DNA from: an uncultured virus (IMG/VR IMGVR_UViG_3300047471_000190)
Taxonomy: Duplodnaviria > Heunggongvirae > Uroviricota > Caudoviricetes
Length of the DNA stretch: 20,000 bases
Virus record (IMG/VR): IMGVR_UViG_3300047471_000190
Reading direction: 5' to 3' (one strand)
The translations under genes and the position numbers were made by a program. Positions 15,047 to 20,000 of this stretch are shown here, one piece after another (position 1 is the first letter of the stretch; each line of letters opens with the position of its first letter). Below the pieces are notes generated by a model. That model was not told the origin of the DNA. It saw only the letters and a program-made list of their open reading frames with translations, and did no database searches.

Positions 15047-16999
15047 ATGCCTAAAACTGCTGCCGCCGTATCGTTCGCCCCTGAGACCAGCACCCCGCCG
15101 CCGGTCGTCATGCGAGCGATCGAAACGCTCTATCTCGCAACCGAAGCACCGCCTGAAGCCAACCTCGTCGTTCGCGATTCAAGCCGCGGCTCGCCGATGA
15201 CCGATGCCGAGCTGAAAGCCTCGATCTATGCCAAGGGCATTATCCAGCCGCTGATCTGGAAAACGTACAAGGGCAAGGACTATGTCGTCGCCGGCAACCG
15301 GCGCCTGCGTTTCTTGCGCGAGATATTCGCCGACGCGCCAGCCTCGACCGTGCAAACTCAGAACGTCGATCTTTTCGGCGGTGACTGGCGCGAGGTCGCG
15401 ATCGACACCAACCTGTCGCTGCCACCACATCTGGTCGAGCGCTTCGAACTCATCGTCAAGCTGGCTGCCGATCTGAAGCTATCGCCGGAAGATACCCGGG
15501 CTCGCTTCGGCATGTCGACGCGCCAATACAATCAGGTCATGGCGCTCGGCAAGATGTCGCCGACGATCAGGCAGGCCTGGAAGGATGCCGCGATCGACGC
15601 GAAGACCGCGCAGGCCTTCACGCTCGAGCCGGATCCGAAGGAGCAGGACAGGATTTTTGCGGCGCTGATGAAGAACGCATATCAGGGGCGCATTGGCGAT
15701 CACCAAGTGCGCGGCAAGATCGTTCCATCGACGCAGCGGGAAACCGGCAAGCTTGTCGCGTTCGTCGGTCTCGACGCGGTCCGAGCCGCGAAGCTGCTAA
15801 AGCAGGAGGATATGTTCGGCGACGATCACGTCGTGACCGACGTCAAAGGGCTGAACAAGCTGGCCGGCGACAAGATGGCGGTTGAGTGCAAAAGGCTGAC
15901 CGACGCCGGCTGGTCGTGGGCACTGCCGGACTACAAACTGACCGACAGCAAATGGCACTTCGGCTCGATTGATCCCGCGAAGAAGGAACAGCCAACAGCC
16001 GAGGAAAAACTGCGATTGAAGCAGCTGCAGGACCTGATCGATTCCGATCCTCCGGATAACGAGGACTACGATGATGAGCCCTATATCGCCGAACGCGAAA
16101 GAATTACTGAAGCCGTCAAGGAACGTGGCTACACCGAAGCGCAGCGCGCCAAGTCCGGCTGCATTATACAGATCGGCCGGGACGGAAAATTGTCGATCGA
16201 GTACGGCCGCGTAAATCCGTCCGAGAAGAAGTCGGTTGCTGCATCAGAGCGCGCGGCCACGACTTCAGCGAAGAAGCAGAAGGCGAAAAAGCCAGGTCAG
16301 GCGCAGTTGACGAACGCGCTTGCCGAGCGTCTGTCAGAGCAGCTGGAGAAGGCCGTGGCTGCATCTATGCATGCTACCCCGCATGTTGCTGTCGCGGCAA
16401 TCATCGCCGGATTCGCTACCGATGGTCACGTCATCGACGTCACTGTCGGGGGCAGCGAAGGCGGAGATTATAGCCGACGTCACGCCCGAGGCTCCGGCAC
16501 GAATGAGAAGAACTTTGCCCAGGTATTCGAAGGCGCGGTCAAGGCGACATCAGAATCTCGCGCCGTTATGCTGATGAAAATCGCTGCTGCTGCCGTCAGC
16601 ATTCAGATCATGAAGGCTGATAGCAAAGCACCAATCGATGGCCTCGGACTGCAGGCACTCGTAGCGAAGATGGATGCCAAGACGCTGAACGCCGCGATCG
16701 CCGACACATTCGACGCCAAGGACTACTTCGCCGGCGTGAGCGCCTCGGCCAGCGTTGCAGCCGTGCGCTGCTCGATGGGCGACGAGCACGGAGACAAGGT
16801 CGCTAAGATGAAGAAGGGCGAGGCGGCGAAGTTTGCCGCAGCGAACGTGCCGGCAAAGGGCTGGCTGCCGCGCGAACTCCGGACGGTGCATTACAAGGGC
16901 CCGGTGGAGTCGACTCCAAAGCCCAAAGCACTCGCGGCCAAGAAGGCCGCGGCGAAGAAGCCGGCCGCCAAGACAGCGAAAAAGAAAACCAAAAAGTAG
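15047..16999 (+). CDS. Large ParB/RepB/Spo0J-family protein with a Lys/Ala-rich C-terminal tail
   Basis: ELKASIYAKGIIQPL...YVVAGNRRLR ParB N-domain, following HTH region, GWSW, RAKSG...DG.LSIEYG, DYFAGVS...GWLP.EL; GGAGGAAGAC RBS. Confidence 0.9.
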   Translation: MPKTAAAVSFAPETSTPPPVVMRAIETLYLATEAPPEANLVVRDSSRGSPMTDAELKASIYAKGIIQPLIWKTYKGKDYVVAGNRRLRFLREIFADAPASTVQTQNVDLFGGDWREVAIDTNLSLPPHLVERFELIVKLAADLKLSPEDTRARFGMSTRQYNQVMALGKMSPTIRQAWKDAAIDAKTAQAFTLEPDPKEQDRIFAALMKNAYQGRIGDHQVRGKIVPSTQRETGKLVAFVGLDAVRAAKLLKQEDMFGDDHVVTDVKGLNKLAGDKMAVECKRLTDAGWSWALPDYKLTDSKWHFGSIDPAKKEQPTAEEKLRLKQLQDLIDSDPPDNEDYDDEPYIAERERITEAVKERGYTEAQRAKSGCIIQIGRDGKLSIEYGRVNPSEKKSVAASERAATTSAKKQKAKKPGQAQLTNALAERLSEQLEKAVAASMHATPHVAVAAIIAGFATDGHVIDVTVGGSEGGDYSRRHARGSGTNEKNFAQVFEGAVKATSESRAVMLMKIAAAAVSIQIMKADSKAPIDGLGLQALVAKMDAKTLNAAIADTFDAKDYFAGVSASASVAAVRCSMGDEHGDKVAKMKKGEAAKFAAANVPAKGWLPRELRTVHYKGPVESTPKPKALAAKKAAAKKPAAKTAKKKTKK

Positions 17000-17009
17000 A
17001 CCGACCCCG

Positions 17010-17031
17010 GGGCGGCGTGATATCGCCGCCC
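17010..17031. repeat. Perfect 8-bp inverted repeat without a U-tract
   Basis: GGGCGGCG-TGATAT-CGCCGCCC in the gap between the ParB and J-like genes. Confidence 0.7.
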
Positions 17032-17061
17032 TCTCATCCCCATGACGGAGGAAGACGTCAA

Positions 17062-17640
17062 ATGCCTATCGATCGACAATACAAACTGAACTGGCCCGAC
17101 AATGAGCCGCGCACGCCGATCGGCGATCGGCGACAGAAGTCTCCGTTCTCGATGGACTTCAACAAAGCGTTCCGCCAACTCGACGACGAGCTGCAGCGCT
17201 TCGATGCCATCGATGTCGTGCTATCGCACAACGACAACAGACGTGGGGTGGTCACGATGAGAGACGCAGCGGCCGTGATTTACTTCAAGATCGGCGGTCG
17301 CGACATCTCGATTCCGTGCGACCTTTACTTCAATGTGCAGGACAACATTCGCGCGATCGGCGAAGTTGTGAAAGCCATGCGCCGGATGGAAATGTACGGC
17401 GGCTCTCGCATGTCGCAAAAATCATTCACAGGATTCGTGGCGCTACCGCCGCCGAAAGATGTGTGGCAGATCCTTGGTCTCAACAAGAAGCTAGGCGAGG
17501 GGCTGAGCCCGAAGCTGCGTCGCGAGTACGTGATGGAAGCATTCCGCAACCGTGCGAAGGATGGCCACGGCGCCGGCGCCGACATGCAGGACCTGGTCGA
17601 CGCACGCGACGAAGCACTGAAGCAACTAGGAGTGTCGTGA
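17062..17640 (+). CDS. Phage protein with a C-terminal DnaJ-like domain lacking HPD
   Basis: L.WP...PRT, IPCDLY...DNIRAI...AMRRME.YG, FTGFVALPPP, WQILG...AFRNRAKDGHGAG..MQDLVDARDEAL; GGAGGAAGAC RBS. Confidence 0.8.
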   Translation: MPIDRQYKLNWPDNEPRTPIGDRRQKSPFSMDFNKAFRQLDDELQRFDAIDVVLSHNDNRRGVVTMRDAAAVIYFKIGGRDISIPCDLYFNVQDNIRAIGEVVKAMRRMEMYGGSRMSQKSFTGFVALPPPKDVWQILGLNKKLGEGLSPKLRREYVMEAFRNRAKDGHGAGADMQDLVDARDEALKQLGVS

Positions 17641-18053
17641 TGGGAAAGCACGGCGTAGGTGGCGGCTACAAGGCGAGGATTGCCGCGCGCAAGAGAGGAA
17701 AAATGTCGATCGAGGAAAAGGCCGAGATCGAGCGGTTGTGCGTCGAAATGAAAGATCCGACGCCGGGAAAAATCGCGGAGCAGATGAACAGAATGCCTTC
17801 GATTATAAACTGGTACATGCTCACCCACGGGCTGATCACCAGAACTCCGGGCCACGCACCAGCGCGCTATGTCCGCAAGGGCAAGACAATCCATCCCTAC
17901 ACGACGGAACAGGATGCCTTCATCGAACGGCTTCGCGCGGAGGGGAAGATTTATCGAGAAATCGGAGAACTGGTGACTAAAGAATTTGGCATTGAGCGCA
18001 GTGGACATAGCGTGCAGGTGCGCATGTTGCAACTGGCTGCATCGCCATCATGA
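17640..18053 (+). CDS. Putative DNA-binding protein with two Myb/HTH-like repeats
   Basis: MSIEEKAEIERL...GKIAEQMNR.PS.I and YTTEQDAFIERLRAEGK.YREIG...RSGHSVQVR; TGATG coupling. Confidence 0.7.
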   Translation: MGKHGVGGGYKARIAARKRGKMSIEEKAEIERLCVEMKDPTPGKIAEQMNRMPSIINWYMLTHGLITRTPGHAPARYVRKGKTIHPYTTEQDAFIERLRAEGKIYREIGELVTKEFGIERSGHSVQVRMLQLAASPS

Positions 18054-18103
18054 GATCGGGAGACTCGCCGGCGGGGCTTCCTACCCGGCCGACGATCGCC
18101 CGG

Positions 18104-18149
18104 GGAGACCGGGAGGGCTCATAACCCGCACCCGGTCTCCTGTTTTTTT
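18104..18149 (+). terminator. Rho-independent terminator
   Basis: GGAGACCGGG 18104-18113 / CCCGGTCTCC 18131-18140 followed by TGTTTTTTT. Confidence 0.8.
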
Positions 18150-18171
18150 CTAACATAGAAACTTTTGGAGA

Positions 18172-18741
18172 ATGCAGATGCCACAGAAAACAATCGACCA
18201 ACTCGTCGCCGACGCGCGCAGCAGGATCTCAGCAATGCGAGTTGCCCCACCATCGGGAGAGGTCAGCAGCCGCGCCGCGGCCGCGGAGTTCGAACTCGCG
18301 ATCGATGCGCTGGTAATGTCGCTGCCGATCGGCCGCACCGCGGACTTTCACGAAGTCATCGCTAAGGTCGAGGAGCGATTCCGTCCGGTCTACGATCGCG
18401 AGGCTGTCAGCAATGCCAAGACCGACGGTCAGATGAGCGATGCCAGCACCAGGGAAAGCACAGGATGGTGGATTGTGCTGTCTCGCGCCGGAATCGCCAT
18501 TCGCACGGGCGACGTCAAACCGCAATACGAAGTAGGAGACACCATTGTCTTCACGCTGCAACGGCTGCCACGCAAGAGGCCTGATGCGGCTCCGGATCTC
18601 GCCATTGTGCCGCCGGCGCCGCTGTCGCCTGTGCGCGAGCAGCTGGTGCAGATTCGCGATAGAGCGCCGCCGGAGGATAGGCAAAAAGCTGACGCTCTAC
18701 TTGCTACGTTCGATTCATTTGTCGGGAATCAATCCACATGA
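18172..18741 (+). CDS. Hypothetical protein
   Basis: GGAG RBS; ATGA coupling with the next gene. Confidence 0.75.
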   Translation: MQMPQKTIDQLVADARSRISAMRVAPPSGEVSSRAAAAEFELAIDALVMSLPIGRTADFHEVIAKVEERFRPVYDREAVSNAKTDGQMSDASTRESTGWWIVLSRAGIAIRTGDVKPQYEVGDTIVFTLQRLPRKRPDAAPDLAIVPPAPLSPVREQLVQIRDRAPPEDRQKADALLATFDSFVGNQST

Positions 18742-18950
18742 CGTTCAAGATCGAAGACGGCGAAGGCCTTTTCCACTGCGATACATGCCCGGAGCATATC
18801 GAGTGCAGCGACTGCACCGACTTTGAAAGCAGCCGGATTTTTGCAAAAGAAAAAGGTTGGCGAATGTATATAGGTCCGGACAAGAAGTGGGCTGCATCAT
18901 GCCCGGTCTGCGTCGCGGACTGGAGCGCCGAACAGAAGCAACGAAAATGA
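18738..18950 (+). CDS. Small zinc-ribbon-like protein
   Basis: CDTC, CSDC, AKEKGW...CPVC; ATGA coupling. Confidence 0.75.
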   Translation: MTFKIEDGEGLFHCDTCPEHIECSDCTDFESSRIFAKEKGWRMYIGPDKKWAASCPVCVADWSAEQKQRK

Positions 18951-19162
18951 TGCGAGGCCTGCGCAACTTCATGCTCCAGCGCTGCGCCGGCTGGGGCGAT
19001 CGCTGCTGGTGCCGATCGGCGGCAACCTGCCGCTTCAAGCGCTGTACAAATTGCGACATGCCGGTCGATCGATACGGCATCGCACTGCTCTACGACATTC
19101 CGGATGTCGACCATCACTCCGGACCTTGCCCCTACTGCAACGGGCCCATGCCCAAACTCTGA
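18947..19162 (+). CDS. Small Cys-rich protein
   Basis: ATGA coupling; CWC, CTNC, CPYC. Confidence 0.6.
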   Translation: MMRGLRNFMLQRCAGWGDRCWCRSAATCRFKRCTNCDMPVDRYGIALLYDIPDVDHHSGPCPYCNGPMPKL

Positions 19163-19172
19163 GGAACTACAA

Positions 19173-19679
19173 ATGCGACGTTTTTTTTGCGCAGTTTTAT
19201 TCTTGACCTGGTGCCCCGTGATGGCCGCGGAGGCTCCCGTCAAACAGGATCCACCGCAGCCAGGCGCGGAAGCCGGCCTGACGATCACGGAATGCCTCGG
19301 CATCATGGCCGGCCTGAACGCGCTCGACGGGCGCCGCGTCATCGTCGGTGCCGGCAAGCCGACCGAATCGGCCGAGACGGTCTCATACAAGTTTCCCGGC
19401 AAGGTCCGGGACGCGATCTCGCATAACCTGTTCGTGCTGACGCAGGTTCAACAAGAGGGCCAGGCCGCCAATCGGCGCGCTCAGCTCGAGATCGGCAAGG
19501 GCGACACCATCAAGCCAGGGACCAAAGAGAGCCTGGAGTTCGACCAGCGGATGGCCGAATATACCGCCCGGCCATGCAAGGTGGAACTAGACCACCTCCG
19601 GGACACCGACCTGAAGCTCGACGAGAACGACATCCCGGGTTCCGTCTTGGCGCTGATCTGGAAGATTCGGGACAAATAA
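19173..19679 (+). CDS. Hypothetical protein with a predicted signal peptide
   Basis: GAGG RBS; MRRFFCAVLFLTWCPVMAAEA N-terminus; last gene before the terminator. Confidence 0.75.
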   Translation: MRRFFCAVLFLTWCPVMAAEAPVKQDPPQPGAEAGLTITECLGIMAGLNALDGRRVIVGAGKPTESAETVSYKFPGKVRDAISHNLFVLTQVQQEGQAANRRAQLEIGKGDTIKPGTKESLEFDQRMAEYTARPCKVELDHLRDTDLKLDENDIPGSVLALIWKIRDK

Positions 19680-19766
19680 ACGTCGCTCGTTGGCCCCGCC
19701 AACGGCCTGACAGCCTCGCTGGCGAGTTATTCCAGATCAGGCGCCACGACAGCCCATCCCACACGC

Positions 19767-19821
19767 AAAAAAGCCCCCGGGCGGCCCTCCTGAGAGGAAC
19801 CGCACCGGGGGCTTTTTCTTT
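19767..19821. terminator. Bidirectional Rho-independent terminator
   Basis: AAAAAA-GCCCCCGG (19767-19780)...CCGGGGGC-TTTTTCTTT (19805-19821) with inner GCGG/CCGC and CCTC/GAGG stems. Confidence 0.85.
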
Positions 19822-19828
19822 GGCTCTG

Positions 19829-19964
19829 TGCTCCGAAGACCAGAATGGGTATCGCACCCATTTCAAAGTGGGGTCAACCCCACTTTCTGCAGCGCCACGC
19901 TGCACTTTGGCGGACGAATCCGGAACATCAGCTGAACGGAGAGGGTTTCAGTGACCTAAGTCAC
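19829..19964. ncRNA. Candidate structured ncRNA or ssDNA hairpin signal (family unknown)
   Basis: Three adjacent perfect hairpins (7, 9 and 7 bp) plus two smaller ones; no convincing coding frame. Confidence 0.4.
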
Positions 19965-20000
19965 GCAATAACTGTGCCCCGTCGGCGCTGCCGCGGCGGT

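Larger units (their letters stand above)
1..19679 (+). mobile_element. Phage/prophage early (recombination, replication, accessory) gene region; boundaries lie outside the window
   Basis: Uninterrupted co-directional run of short overlapping ORFs (ATGA/TGATG junctions) mixed with phage-type recombination nuclease, helicase, methylase, exonuclease and conserved phage hypotheticals; no housekeeping genes. Confidence 0.85.

Noticed and set aside
19838..19912. Canonical tRNA gene on the minus strand
   Set aside because: A T-arm-like hairpin is present, but the T-loop is non-consensus, the acceptor stem has mismatches, the middle arm has a 4-nt loop and there is no proper D-loop; kept only as a generic structured element
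19860..19935. Hammerhead ribozyme (minus-strand CTGATG...GAAA)
   Set aside because: The core reads CTGATGT, not CTGANGA, and the stems do not flank the core correctly
1..20000. CRISPR array, IS element, integrase or reverse transcriptase
   Set aside because: No regularly spaced repeats and no transposase, recombinase or RT motifs seen in any ORF

Overview
A 20-kb stretch of a tailed phage or prophage early / DNA-metabolism region. GC looks like roughly 60% by eye, and the protein families suggest an alphaproteobacterial host (inference). About 45 tightly packed, often translationally coupled genes all lie on the + strand. Recognisable products: an SMC/Rad50-like ABC ATPase, an XRE-type HTH protein, an ASCH-domain protein, a RecE-like PD-(D/E)xK exonuclease, a putative ssDNA-annealing protein, a RecD/Dda-like SF1B helicase, a C5-cytosine methyltransferase that stops after motif VIII, an SplB-like radical SAM enzyme, an ExoX-like DEDDh exonuclease, a 650-aa ParB-family protein, a J-domain-like protein lacking HPD, and many small Cys-rich or membrane proteins. 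No structural, integrase, tRNA or CRISPR genes are seen. The non-coding DNA is unusually organised: (i) a 10-nt GGAGGAAG(A/C)C element in front of six genes that follow intergenic gaps; (ii) two matching promoter-like motifs; (iii) two mid-operon terminators, each preceded by an extra hairpin; (iv) structured leaders at 3594-3654 and 8351-8424; (v) a bidirectional terminator flanked by dense hairpin clusters at 19681-19964, a candidate structured ncRNA or ssDNA signal. All family calls come from motifs recognised by eye; no database searches were run.
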